In this document: one piece after another, positions 8,463 to 17,952 of the stretch | How the letters are laid out: each line of letters opens with the position of its first letter | How positions within the stretch are numbered: the stretch's first letter is position 1 | Assembly: GCA_001789965.1 (NCBI GenBank) | Contig: MGBA01000021.1 | Span: 28,507-92,506, forward strand | DNA: 64,000 nucleotides | Origin: Candidatus Roizmanbacteria bacterium RIFCSPLOWO2_02_FULL_40_13 | Lineage (GTDB): Bacteria > Patescibacteriota > Microgenomatia > UBA1406 > GWC2-37-13 | Reading direction: 5' to 3' | Translations under genes and position numbers: made by a program | Notes under the pieces: model-generated | Databases searched by the model: none | What the model was told of the DNA's origin: nothing | What the model saw: only the letters and a program-made list of their open reading frames with translations

Positions 8463-9736
8463 AGCAGAAGATACAACTTTTTTTGAAGGATCCGGAATTA
8501 AAACGTAAAGCTACGTTTACGCTTTTTATTTTTTTTATATTCCGAGTATTCGCCTTTCTTCCGGTTCCGACGATAGATCTTACCCGTCTTCAAAATCTTT
8601 TTGCGCAAAATCAATTCCTTTCACTTCTTGATATTTTCTCAGGAGGGACGCTTATCAATTTTTCTGTAATGGCATTAGGGTTAAATCCTTTCATAAACGC
8701 TTCGATAATTTTTCAACTCTTAACGATCGTCGTACCCAGATTCGAAAAACTTGCAAAAGAAGGAGAGTACGGCAGATTTAAGATAAATCAATATACGAGA
8801 TTTCTTACGGTACCTCTGACATTGATGCAAGCTATAGGAATTTATTTTCTTTTAAAAAGTCAACAGATTATTGGATTCTTGAGTCCGATTGAATTTTTCT
8901 CGTTTATTTTTACGCTTGTTGCAGGGACATTTATCCTGATCTGGTTTGGCGAGCTCATTTCAGAATTCGGAATGGGAAATGGGATATCGCTTCTTATTTT
9001 TGCAGGAATCGTAGGACGGATTCCTATCACGCTAACCCAGACAATAAAAACGATTAATTCCGAACTCATATTTAATGCAATTATTTTTCTAGCACTTGCT
9101 GTATTTGTTATCGCATCCGTGGTATTTGTAAACGAAGCAATACGAAAAATACCCGTATATTATGCCAAACGAATCCGTGGAAACAGAGTCTATCAAGGGG
9201 CCACCAACTTTCTTCCATTAAAACTTAATCAGGCGGGTGTTATTCCTATAATATTTGCGGTTTCATTCGTATTATTTCCCCAACTCATTGGAAACTTCTT
9301 AGTTTCCTCAAGTAATCAAGCGACCGCCCAAGTGGCACGTTTCTTGGTGACCGCTTTCAATCCTTCGGGCTTTTTTTACAACTTCTTTTACTTTTTCCTC
9401 GTCGTAGGATTTACATTTTTCTATACAATAGTAGTATTCAATCCTCAGAAAATCGCAGAAGAGATACAAAAAAATGGAGGTTTTATTCCGGGCATAAGGC
9501 CGGGTACACCTACGAAATCTTATTTAGAGAAAATTTTATATAGAATTACATCAGTGGGCGCGATATTTTTAGGACTTATTGCAATATCGCCGGCAATTGT
9601 CTCAAAAATAACAGGAATAGAGAACTTATTGATTGGAGGAACAGGAATTCTTATCGTTGTTTCGGTTATATTAGAAACATTCAAAACGATAGAAGCTCAG
9701 CTCGTCATGAGAAGTTACGACAAATTTGTAAACTAA
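8450..9736 (+). CDS. secY: Preprotein translocase subunit SecY
   Basis: 428-aa multi-TM ORF in the canonical post-L15 position. SecY motifs [23 protein letters not shown] and GNGISLLIF. Confidence 0.96.
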   Translation: MEKIKQKIQLFLKDPELKRKATFTLFIFFIFRVFAFLPVPTIDLTRLQNLFAQNQFLSLLDIFSGGTLINFSVMALGLNPFINASIIFQLLTIVVPRFEKLAKEGEYGRFKINQYTRFLTVPLTLMQAIGIYFLLKSQQIIGFLSPIEFFSFIFTLVAGTFILIWFGELISEFGMGNGISLLIFAGIVGRIPITLTQTIKTINSELIFNAIIFLALAVFVIASVVFVNEAIRKIPVYYAKRIRGNRVYQGATNFLPLKLNQAGVIPIIFAVSFVLFPQLIGNFLVSSSNQATAQVARFLVTAFNPSGFFYNFFYFFLVVGFTFFYTIVVFNPQKIAEEIQKNGGFIPGIRPGTPTKSYLEKILYRITSVGAIFLGLIAISPAIVSKITGIENLLIGGTGILIVVSVILETFKTIEAQLVMRSYDKFVN

Positions 9737-9737
9737 T

Positions 9738-9911
9738 ATGGCAAAAAAAGGATCACGAGTCTTGTTTGGGTTGGTCTGCGAGGTTTGTAATAAGCAGAAC
9801 TATGTGACGCAAAAAAACAAAGTCAATACAACCGAACCGCTCAAGCTAAAAAAATACTGTAATAAGTGCCGCAAGCGCACCGTCCACAAGGAAAAAAAGA
9901 AATTAGGATAA
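9738..9911 (+). CDS. rpmG: 50S ribosomal protein L33 (zinc-ribbon form)
   Basis: 57-aa ORF below the track cutoff, translated by hand: MAKKGSRVLFGLVCEVCNKQNYVTQKNKVNTTEPLKLKKYCNKCRKRTVHKEKKKLG. It has the CxxC...CxxC L33 pattern and the ATG is 1 nt after the secY stop. Confidence 0.85.
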   Translation: MAKKGSRVLFGLVCEVCNKQNYVTQKNKVNTTEPLKLKKYCNKCRKRTVHKEKKKLG

Positions 9912-9914
9912 TAT

Positions 9915-11045
9915 ATGAAAATTGTTCTGACAGGAATTCAGGGATCAGGAAAATCAACTCAGGGAAATCTACTATCGAAACAATTAAATCTTCCATATCT
10001 TTCAACTGGTCATATTTTCCGTCAACTTGCCAAAAAGAAAACACAGTTAGGCCGCTATATAAAAACCGTTATGAACTCGGGTCTTTTGATTCCCGATAGT
10101 AAAACAATCCAGATCGTAAATAACTACCTGTCAAGAAAGGAATATAAAAGAGGGTATATTCTTGATGGATTTCCTCGAACGATCGAACAAGCTAAAAAGT
10201 TTAAAAACGACATCGATAAGTTTATTTTCCTTGAGATTCCTGATAAAGAAGCATTGTGGAGAATTTCCCACCGGAACGACAGCGGTCGAGATGACGAAAC
10301 CGTCGAGGCGGTCAGGATGAGAATAGAGGAATTTAATAAACACACAAAGCCTGTTATCGAGCACTATGACAAACTTGGAAAGTTAGAGACTGTTGACGGC
10401 ACTCAGAAAATCGAAGATGTAAACGAAGATATCCTAAAAAGTCTTGGAAAACAGCTTATTAAAAATCAAGTACAGTCATGGAGTCAAAAAACAAAGTCGA
10501 TAATTGCGATTGTTGGATTGCCGGGAGTGGGAAAGACTGAAGCAGCTGATTATTTCGCCAAAGAGGAAAAGTTGCCGGTAATATCTTTTGGAAAAATCAT
10601 AAACGACTATGTTGATTCACACGGTTTAAAGCATTCGATCGAGACTCACGAGAAACTCCGCGTTGATTTTAGAAAAAAGCACGGCATGGAAGCAATGGCG
10701 TACTTAAGTAAAGATAAAATACGAGAACTTCTTGAAAAACACATGATCATAGTCATTGATGGATTATATTCATGGGAAGAGTTTAAGTTTTTAAAAAAAG
10801 AGTTTCCGGAAGTGAAGGTGTATCTTTTAGCCTTATTCGCAGACAAAAAAACAAGGTATAGCCGAATATCCAAAAGAACTTATAGATCAGATCTTCATGG
10901 AGAAGACCGCGACATTCACGAACTAGAAGAGACAAACAAAGGGAATCCTATTGCTTTTGCTGACTTTATGGTGAAAAATAACTTCTCCATTCAGGACTTT
11001 CATGACAAGCTGGAAGACGTATATCGCGAAATCTACTATTCATAA
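9915..11045 (+). CDS. adk: Adenylate kinase (short LID) fused to a second P-loop NMP-kinase-like domain (UPF0200 / dephospho-CoA-kinase-like)
   Basis: The N-terminal ~185 aa carry GIQGSGKSTQ, ILDGFPRT and a short LID (HRNDSGRDDE). The C-terminal ~190 aa carry a second Walker A (GLPGVGKT), VIDGLYSWEEFKFLKKEF and RDIHELE. Confidence 0.85.
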   Translation: MKIVLTGIQGSGKSTQGNLLSKQLNLPYLSTGHIFRQLAKKKTQLGRYIKTVMNSGLLIPDSKTIQIVNNYLSRKEYKRGYILDGFPRTIEQAKKFKNDIDKFIFLEIPDKEALWRISHRNDSGRDDETVEAVRMRIEEFNKHTKPVIEHYDKLGKLETVDGTQKIEDVNEDILKSLGKQLIKNQVQSWSQKTKSIIAIVGLPGVGKTEAADYFAKEEKLPVISFGKIINDYVDSHGLKHSIETHEKLRVDFRKKHGMEAMAYLSKDKIRELLEKHMIIVIDGLYSWEEFKFLKKEFPEVKVYLLALFADKKTRYSRISKRTYRSDLHGEDRDIHELEETNKGNPIAFADFMVKNNFSIQDFHDKLEDVYREIYYS

Positions 11046-11053
11046 AAATCCCC

Positions 11054-11806
11054 ATGGTTAAGCTCAAAACTCCGGAAGAAATAGAGATAATGAAGACTGG
11101 AGGAGAAAAGCTTAGGAATGTTGTGGCAGAGCTTACCCCTCGCATTACAGAGGGAGTAAGCACAAACGACATTGACAAATGGGCAGAGGAATTGATTAAG
11201 GGGCAAGGCGGAGAATCTTCCTTTAAAAGAGTTCCGGGATATCACTGGACCATATGTTGTCCTATAAATGAACAGGTAGTCCATACCCCACCGTCAACAC
11301 GTAAGTTGAAAGACGGAGACGTTTTTACCCTTGATATCGGAATGTATTACAAAGGCTTTCATACAGATTTTGCAAAAAGCTGGGTTATAGGAAAGCCAAA
11401 AAGTCCCGAGTATATATCTTTTCTGGAAACAGGGAAGGATATCCTCACGAGAGCACTTTCTCAGATCCGGACAGAAAAATATCTAGGAGAGATATCAGAC
11501 TTTATCCATGAGGAGATTACAAAGCGTCATTATTTTATACTGCGGGAACTGACAGGGCATGGAATCGGACGGGATCTTCATGAAGACCCATCTGTGCCAA
11601 ACTATCTTGACCGGCCGGTTCAAAAAACCATGAAAATAGTTCCGGGACTTGTGGTTGCGATTGAGGTGATTTACTCTATGGGAACCGAAGAGATTGCCTA
11701 TGAAAAAGACAGTGAGTGGTCGATCCGCACACAAGATAATAGCATGTCGGCATGCTTTGAGCATACGATCGCGGTGACCGATACAAACACTATCATTTTA
11801 ACCTAG
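11054..11806 (+). CDS. map: Type I methionine aminopeptidase
   Basis: 250-aa ORF. Metal-ligand motifs DVFTLDIG, GHGIG, AIEV and FEHT, in the canonical post-adk position. Confidence 0.95.
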   Translation: MVKLKTPEEIEIMKTGGEKLRNVVAELTPRITEGVSTNDIDKWAEELIKGQGGESSFKRVPGYHWTICCPINEQVVHTPPSTRKLKDGDVFTLDIGMYYKGFHTDFAKSWVIGKPKSPEYISFLETGKDILTRALSQIRTEKYLGEISDFIHEEITKRHYFILRELTGHGIGRDLHEDPSVPNYLDRPVQKTMKIVPGLVVAIEVIYSMGTEEIAYEKDSEWSIRTQDNSMSACFEHTIAVTDTNTIILT

Positions 11807-11829
11807 TTTTGTGGTAAAATTATATCTTT

Positions 11830-12045
11830 ATGAAGGACAACGTAATCGTTGTGGAAGGTGAGGTAATAGAAAACCTTCCAAACACGCTCTTTCGCGTCCG
11901 AGTATCCGATTCAGAACAAATGCTTTTATGTTATTTGTCAGGTAAGATGAGGAAGCACTACATCAAGATCTTACCCGGAGACAAGGTACGCGTTGAGATG
12001 ACAGAGTACGATCTCACCAGAGGTCGTATTGTTTACAGGATCTAA
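11830..12045 (+). CDS. infA: Translation initiation factor IF-1
   Basis: 71-aa S1-like OB ORF ([34 protein letters not shown]). Confidence 0.95.
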   Translation: MKDNVIVVEGEVIENLPNTLFRVRVSDSEQMLLCYLSGKMRKHYIKILPGDKVRVEMTEYDLTRGRIVYRI

Positions 12046-12049
12046 TAGT

Positions 12050-12163
12050 ATGCGCGTACAATCATCGGTTAAAAAAATCTGTGCTAAGTGTAAGTTAGTA
12101 AAACGAAAGGGAATGCTGTATATTATTTGTTCCAATCCAAAACACAAACAACGTCAAGGATAA
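12050..12163 (+). CDS. rpmJ: 50S ribosomal protein L36
   Basis: 37-aa ORF missed by the track, translated by hand: [37 protein letters not shown]. It sits between infA and S13. Confidence 0.9.
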   Translation: MRVQSSVKKICAKCKLVKRKGMLYIICSNPKHKQRQG

Positions 12164-12175
12164 TTATTTTATAGA

Positions 12176-12586
12176 ATGGCTAGACTTTTAGGATTAAATC
12201 TGCAACCAGAACACCGCGTAGAGTACGCTCTTACCAATTTTTACGGAATCGGTTGGAGAAAATCATCCGAGATCTTAAAAAAACTGGAGATTGATACGAA
12301 AAAAAGAGTAAAGCAGCTGAATGAAGACGAACTGCGAAAAATCGGCGTAGAACTCGAAAAGAATCAAACGGTAGAGGGTAATCTACGTGAAGAAGTGACA
12401 GAAAACATAAAAAGACTGCGGGAGATCGGATCATACCGAGGGGGTCGACATGCAAAGGGTCTACCTGTTCGTGGACAGAGAACTAAATCAAATTCCCGCA
12501 CCAAAAGAGGAAAGCGAAAGACAGTAGGAGCTCTTAAGAAAGAAGCATGGGCAAAGTTGGAACAGCAAAAACCTAAAAAGGAATAA
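12176..12586 (+). CDS. rpsM: 30S ribosomal protein S13
   Basis: 136-aa ORF with S13 motifs YGIGWRKSSEIL, IGSYRGGRHAKGLPVRGQRTKSN. Confidence 0.94.
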   Translation: MARLLGLNLQPEHRVEYALTNFYGIGWRKSSEILKKLEIDTKKRVKQLNEDELRKIGVELEKNQTVEGNLREEVTENIKRLREIGSYRGGRHAKGLPVRGQRTKSNSRTKRGKRKTVGALKKEAWAKLEQQKPKKE

Positions 12587-12589
12587 TCT

Positions 12590-12964
12590 ATGAAAAAGAA
12601 AAAACAAGCACAAACAACTGAAAAAGGCCGGATTTACATAACCGCAACATTCAACAACACAATGATTACGGTTACGGATTCAGCTGGCAACCCAATCGTG
12701 CTGGGTTCATGCGGTATGCACGGATTTAATGGGACAAGAAAATCTACTCCCTATGCTGCAACCATTACTACCGAAGCAACCTTGCGAAAGGCAACCCACG
12801 ATCATGGAATGAAAGAAGCGGTGATTTACGTTAAAGGGATTGGGCCAGGAAGAGAGGCAGCGTTACGAGTTTTGCGTGGAACTAGCATCGAGGTCAATAA
12901 GATCATTGATATCACCCCTGTTCCTCACAATGGAGTGCGACCTCCAAAAATCCGCAGAGTCTAA
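12590..12964 (+). CDS. rpsK: 30S ribosomal protein S11
   Basis: 124-aa ORF with S11 motifs FNNTMITVTD, GTRKSTPYAA and DITPVPHNGVRPPKIRR. Confidence 0.95.
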   Translation: MKKKKQAQTTEKGRIYITATFNNTMITVTDSAGNPIVLGSCGMHGFNGTRKSTPYAATITTEATLRKATHDHGMKEAVIYVKGIGPGREAALRVLRGTSIEVNKIIDITPVPHNGVRPPKIRRV

Positions 12965-12975
12965 TTTGACACATT

Positions 12976-13596
12976 ATGAGACACACCGGACCAAAAAATA
13001 AGATATCCCGAAGAGAAGCAATGGATCTTGGACTGAAGACTCCAGGGTCAAAAAGCCAAGCGTCATTACTGAGACGTCTAAACGTTCTTCCTGGACAGCA
13101 CGGCACCAGAGGCAGAAGAAAACAATCCGAGAGAAGCAAACAGTTGAGAGAGAAACAAAAATTAAGATTTATCTTTGGAATTACAGAAAAACAGCTCAAA
13201 GGATACTTTCAAAAGGCGATGAATATAAAAGGAAATACCGGAGTTCTTTTAGGACAGCTTCTGGAAAAACGTCTTGATAATGTTGTCTACCGGCTTGGTT
13301 TTGCGCCAACCAGAGCAAGCGCCAGGCAATTAGTCAATCATGGGCATTTTACGGTAAACGGGCGACTTATGAATATTCCCTCGTATAAAGTCGAAATTAA
13401 TGATAAAATAGGGTTTCGCAAACAGAAGACGGCTAAGATTCCCTACGTGGAAACAAGTCTGTCCTCTAAAGATACGCTCATTCCAGCATGGGTCGCAAAA
13501 GAAGGAATCGCGGGAAAATTATTAGCTGAACCGACGAGTGAAGATATAGAAAAGCAGGTAAATTTGCGCTCAGTAGTAGAGTATTATTCAAGATAA
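12976..13596 (+). CDS. rpsD: 30S ribosomal protein S4
   Basis: 206-aa ORF with S4 motifs LEKRLDNVVYRLGFAPTRASARQLVNHGHFTVNG. Confidence 0.95.
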   Translation: MRHTGPKNKISRREAMDLGLKTPGSKSQASLLRRLNVLPGQHGTRGRRKQSERSKQLREKQKLRFIFGITEKQLKGYFQKAMNIKGNTGVLLGQLLEKRLDNVVYRLGFAPTRASARQLVNHGHFTVNGRLMNIPSYKVEINDKIGFRKQKTAKIPYVETSLSSKDTLIPAWVAKEGIAGKLLAEPTSEDIEKQVNLRSVVEYYSR

Positions 13597-13602
13597 ATAT
13601 TT

Positions 13603-14520
13603 ATGCAACCACAGTTTATAACTAAAAAACAGGACGTTTCTCCCTCATACGGAAAATTTGTAATGGAGCCATTACCATTGAGTTTTGGCAATAGCCTCGG
13701 TAATGCTTTGCGCAGGACGCTTCTTTCCTCTTTAAAGGGAGCTGCAATTACTCAGGTTAAGATAGGTGGAGCTGTCCACCAATTTACAACCATTAAGGGA
13801 ATTAAGGAGTCCGTTCTTGAAATTATTCTTAATCTTAAAAAGCTCCGATTTGAGACTCCAAACGAAGGACAGTTTAAAGTACACCTTGACGTAAAGGGAA
13901 AACAAAAAATAACCGGTAAAGAGGTAAAAGGAGAAGCAAAGGTCACCAATAGCGATCTTTATATTGCCGAAATCACTGATGACAAGACTAAACTTGAGGT
14001 TGAGGCGATCGTTGAAACCGGCACCGGACTTCTCGGTGAAGACAGTATTGAAAGTCAGACCGGGTATATTGCAGTTGATGCCTTTTTCTCTCCAGTTAAA
14101 AAAGTCACGTTTAAAGTTGAAGAAGCACGAGTGGGTAGAAAAACAAACTTCGATAGGCTTGTTTTAGAAGTATGGACAGATGAATCAGTCTCACCAGAGG
14201 AATCAGTAAAACAAGCAACACTAATTCTTAAGAATCATTTTGACCATGTACTTTCAGGAAAAGATAGTCCTCAGTCAAAGTCTGTTGATGAGAAAAAAGA
14301 AGAGGATGCAAAAGAAGTAGACGCTCGATTAAACGATATTATTATCGACGAACTAAATCTTCCTTCCCGCGTTATTAACGCGCTCCTTCGAGAAAATATA
14401 GAGACGGTTGCTGATTTGGTAAGAGTAGGAAAAGAAAAGCTCATTGGTGTCAAGGGGTTGGGGAAAAAGTCCTTCGTACTGATCGAGGAGGAACTTAAGA
14501 AAATGGACGTGGACATTTAA
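13603..14520 (+). CDS. rpoA: DNA-directed RNA polymerase subunit alpha
   Basis: 305-aa ORF. NTD motif GNSLGNALRRTLLSS and CTD helix-hairpin-helix LNLPSRVINALLRENIETVADL. Confidence 0.95.
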   Translation: MQPQFITKKQDVSPSYGKFVMEPLPLSFGNSLGNALRRTLLSSLKGAAITQVKIGGAVHQFTTIKGIKESVLEIILNLKKLRFETPNEGQFKVHLDVKGKQKITGKEVKGEAKVTNSDLYIAEITDDKTKLEVEAIVETGTGLLGEDSIESQTGYIAVDAFFSPVKKVTFKVEEARVGRKTNFDRLVLEVWTDESVSPEESVKQATLILKNHFDHVLSGKDSPQSKSVDEKKEEDAKEVDARLNDIIIDELNLPSRVINALLRENIETVADLVRVGKEKLIGVKGLGKKSFVLIEEELKKMDVDI

Positions 14521-14535
14521 CCCAAACTAAAAGCC

Positions 14536-15009
14536 ATGAGACACCAGCAACGCACCAAAAGATTCAGACACGGTAAAGACGCAAATAGAATGCTCCTCAG
14601 GAAGCTCTCAAGAAACTTCTTTTTAAAAGGCAGTCTCACTACAACTATCACAAAGGTAAAGGTATTACGGCCGCGGGTTGAACATATGGTAAGCCTTGCT
14701 AAAAGGAAGACAGAGGGTGGTAAGAATATGCTTTTGAGATATACAGGCGACAAATTGTTAGTTTCTCTACTTACACAGCAGATAGCTCCTGTTTTTCAAG
14801 AAAAAACCGGAGGATTTGTACGCGTTGTGAGAATAGGTTCCCGATCCTCTGACGGATCAGAAATCGCAAGACTTGAATGGACACTTCCCGTTGTAATAGA
14901 AAAAAAAGCCGCCGTTAAAAAAAGTGTAACAGTAGTTACAGAGGAAAAACCGGTAAAAGTTTCAGCAAAAAAGAGCAAGGCAGCTCCCAAAAGCTCAAAA
15001 AAAGTTTAG
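14536..15009 (+). CDS. rplQ: 50S ribosomal protein L17 with a Lys-rich C-terminal extension
   Basis: 157-aa ORF. MRHQQRTKRFRHGKDANRMLLRKL N-terminus and GGFVRVVRIG core, in the post-rpoA position. Confidence 0.92.
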   Translation: MRHQQRTKRFRHGKDANRMLLRKLSRNFFLKGSLTTTITKVKVLRPRVEHMVSLAKRKTEGGKNMLLRYTGDKLLVSLLTQQIAPVFQEKTGGFVRVVRIGSRSSDGSEIARLEWTLPVVIEKKAAVKKSVTVVTEEKPVKVSAKKSKAAPKSSKKV

Positions 15010-15016
15010 AGACTAT

Positions 15017-15466
15017 ATGGTAACCCTTACTAAATCCACCAAGCCTCAAAAAGAAGCCGATATTAAAAGATCATGGCATCTTATAGACCTCAAAGGTAAG
15101 GTTCTCGGAAGAGCGGCGGTTTCAATCGCGGGTCTTATCCAGGGAAAGCATAAAACTGCGAGATCGTTCCATTTTGACGGAGGGGACTACGTCGTTGCCA
15201 TAAACGCAAAAGATATTGTAATGACAGGTAGAAAATTGTCTGATAAAGTTTACACGCGTTATTCAGGTTATCCTGGTGGTTTGAGAACTAATACTGCAGG
15301 AGAAATATTATCAAAAAATCCAAAAGAGTTAGTCAGACATGCAGTTTCTGGAATGCTCCCAAAAAATAAATTGAGAAAACCGCGTCTCACAAGATTGTTT
15401 ATTTTTCCGGATGCAAAACATCCCTATGAAGAAAAACTTGCGTCAAAAGGTGAAGTTAAAAAATAA
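15017..15466 (+). CDS. rplM: 50S ribosomal protein L13
   Basis: 149-aa ORF with L13 motifs WHLIDLKGKVLGRAA, GDYVVAINA and YSGYPGGL. Confidence 0.95.
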   Translation: MVTLTKSTKPQKEADIKRSWHLIDLKGKVLGRAAVSIAGLIQGKHKTARSFHFDGGDYVVAINAKDIVMTGRKLSDKVYTRYSGYPGGLRTNTAGEILSKNPKELVRHAVSGMLPKNKLRKPRLTRLFIFPDAKHPYEEKLASKGEVKK

Positions 15467-15468
15467 CT

Positions 15469-15924
15469 ATGGTAAAAAAAGCAAATAGCACAAACTATTT
15501 TGAATCAATCGGAAAAAGAAAAGAAGCGGTTGCTCGCATTCGCTTATATGCAGTTAAGTCAAAAGAAGGAGTAACGGTAGGCGGAGTAAAGATCAAACAG
15601 GGCGAAATTTTTGTAAACAAAAAACCAATCACCTCAGTTTTTCCATCTAAAGCTCAAAAGGTTTTATACCTGAGACCATTAAAACTCGTTAATGCAGAAG
15701 AGAAGTTTGCAATTTCAGCACTTATCAAAGGCGGAGGACAGACCGGCCAGCTCGGTGCGTTTATTCATGGACTTTCTCGAGCGCTTGAAAAAACAGATAA
15801 AGAAACGCTTCGGCCAATCCTCAAAAAAGCAAATCTCCTAACACGAGACGCACGTATAAAAGAACGAAGAAAAGTAGGAACCGGCGGAAAAGCGCGAAGG
15901 AAGAAGCAGTCTCCAAAGCGATAA
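15469..15924 (+). CDS. rpsI: 30S ribosomal protein S9
   Basis: 151-aa ORF. GKRKEAVARIRL, GGGQTGQLGAFIHGLSRAL and DARIKERRKVGTGGKARRKKQSPKR are S9 motifs. Confidence 0.95.
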   Translation: MVKKANSTNYFESIGKRKEAVARIRLYAVKSKEGVTVGGVKIKQGEIFVNKKPITSVFPSKAQKVLYLRPLKLVNAEEKFAISALIKGGGQTGQLGAFIHGLSRALEKTDKETLRPILKKANLLTRDARIKERRKVGTGGKARRKKQSPKR

Positions 15925-15943
15925 GATCGACTATACTGTAATC

Positions 15944-16840
15944 ATGGTAGATCTCTCCATCATAATCGTCACATACAACACCTCTGAAATGACCGGTAAA
16001 TGTCTTAAGATTCTTCAGAAGTGTCTTTCTAAAGAAGAGGATCTAAGCTCGGAAGTTGTGGTAGTTGACAATGCATCAAAAGATAATACGTTAATCACCC
16101 TTAAAAATATCGAACAATTATTTAATGAACAGAAAATCGGTCTCACCGTTGTCCACAATTCTCAAAATCTCGGCTATTCAAAAGCCAACAATAAAGGGGC
16201 TTCGATATCGAAAGGGAAATATCTCCTCTTCTTAAATTCGGACGTTCTTATTGAGGATATTTCTTTCAAAAACCTTCTCGCCCAACTACAAAACGATTCA
16301 AAACTTGCCGGCTTAACAGTAAAAGTAGTTTTGCCAGATGGTAATCTTGACCCCGCCAGTCATAGAGGATTTCCTACCATATGGAGGTCGTTCAGTTATT
16401 TTTCAGGTCTGGAAAAAATCTTCGGAAAAATTCCAGGACTCAATCGTCTCTTTGGAGGATATCATCTTACCTCACGGAGCCTCAAGAATATTCATGAAAT
16501 CGATTCTCCCACCGGAGCTTTTTATCTTATAAAAAGAGACGTATTTGAAGAAGTGGGGGGATTTGATGAGGACTTTTTTATGTATGGTGAAGATATTGAT
16601 CTTTCATATCGAATAAAGAGTCTTGGGTATAAGATAATCTACACACCCTCTTACAAAGTAACTCATCTAAAGTATCAGAGCGGATTACAAAGCGAAGATC
16701 GACAAACAAAATCAAAAACCAAACAGCATTTTTATGACGCGATGAAGATCTTTTACAGGAAGCACTATGAGAGAAAAACTCCGAAAATTATAACCAATAT
16801 TATTTTTTCGGTTATCAATAAAAAAGCCGGCACAGCATGA
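15944..16840 (+). CDS. Family 2 glycosyltransferase
   Basis: 298-aa ORF with GT-A motifs SIIIVTYNT, VVVDNASKDNT, LFLNSDV and MYGEDIDLSYR. Confidence 0.85.
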   Translation: MVDLSIIIVTYNTSEMTGKCLKILQKCLSKEEDLSSEVVVVDNASKDNTLITLKNIEQLFNEQKIGLTVVHNSQNLGYSKANNKGASISKGKYLLFLNSDVLIEDISFKNLLAQLQNDSKLAGLTVKVVLPDGNLDPASHRGFPTIWRSFSYFSGLEKIFGKIPGLNRLFGGYHLTSRSLKNIHEIDSPTGAFYLIKRDVFEEVGGFDEDFFMYGEDIDLSYRIKSLGYKIIYTPSYKVTHLKYQSGLQSEDRQTKSKTKQHFYDAMKIFYRKHYERKTPKIITNIIFSVINKKAGTA

Positions 16841-17937
16841 AAAAATTGGGAATAGATGCTCGTCTATATAGGCAAACAGGAGTTGGAGTATACGTCCGAA
16901 ACTTACTTTATTACTTAGGATCCAATCTCCCTTCTGATGTTCAGGTCTATATATATCTCACGGAACGGGATTTTGATACGGCTTCGTTTAAAGAAAAAAA
17001 TTTCATCAAGCGGAAAGCAAATTTTCAATGGCATACATTTTCCGAACAAACCGGTTTCCTGAAAACCATCCTTGCGGATAATCTGGATCTAATGCACTTC
17101 ACCTACTTCAGTTACCCGATTTTATATCGAAGAAGTTTTATCTCGACGGTTCATGATCTAACGCCATACCTTTTTAAAACAGGGAGATCATCAACGAAAA
17201 ATATTTTACTGTACAAACTAAAACACTTTTTCTTTACCAGAATTCTCAAAAGTCAGATCAAAAATGCAAAAGCAATAATTACTCCGACACAAGCAGTAAA
17301 AAATCAGATACTCAAACACTTTAGTAATAAATATGAGAAAAAAATACACGCAATCTACGAAGGCTTAAATGAAGAATTGTTACAGATAAAGGAAAATACC
17401 GATCTTAAAAAGTCTTTCAGCGAAGACTTTATGGTCTATATCGGCAATTTTTACCCACATAAAAACGTTGAACGGCTTATAAAAGCTTTTACAAGAATCA
17501 ACAAAGACATCCAATTAGTACTTGCGGGACCTGATGATTTTTTTGCAAGAAGAATCCAAAGGCTGATCATAGAATTTGGTCAGACTAAACGAATCATTTT
17601 TTACAAAAATCCAACTCTCTCTGATCTAGTATTTTTTTATAAACATGCAAAGGCACTTATCAATCCCTCTCTGTCAGAAGGTTTTGGTCTGCCCATGATA
17701 GAAGCATTGTATTACAACTGTCCTATACTCGGCTCAGATATCGAAGTTTTTCAGGAGGTTTTGAATAAAAATTATCGGTCTTTTGATCCGTATAATGACG
17801 CGAGTATGTCATACGCCATTTCTTCATTTTTAGAAAAGCCAACTAATAATTCAAATAAAGAACTTCTTAAAAAATATTCTTTTGAAAAAATGACAAAAGA
17901 GACAACAGATCTTTATAAAGTCCATCTTAATTTGTAA
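16837..17937 (+). CDS. Family 4 (GT-B fold) glycosyltransferase
   Basis: 366-aa ORF with the C-terminal EGFGLPMIEALYYNCPILGSD motif typical of GT4. ATGA overlap with the GT2 gene. Confidence 0.82.
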   Translation: MKKLGIDARLYRQTGVGVYVRNLLYYLGSNLPSDVQVYIYLTERDFDTASFKEKNFIKRKANFQWHTFSEQTGFLKTILADNLDLMHFTYFSYPILYRRSFISTVHDLTPYLFKTGRSSTKNILLYKLKHFFFTRILKSQIKNAKAIITPTQAVKNQILKHFSNKYEKKIHAIYEGLNEELLQIKENTDLKKSFSEDFMVYIGNFYPHKNVERLIKAFTRINKDIQLVLAGPDDFFARRIQRLIIEFGQTKRIIFYKNPTLSDLVFFYKHAKALINPSLSEGFGLPMIEALYYNCPILGSDIEVFQEVLNKNYRSFDPYNDASMSYAISSFLEKPTNNSNKELLKKYSFEKMTKETTDLYKVHLNL

Positions 17938-17952
17938 GTTATAATTGAGGTT

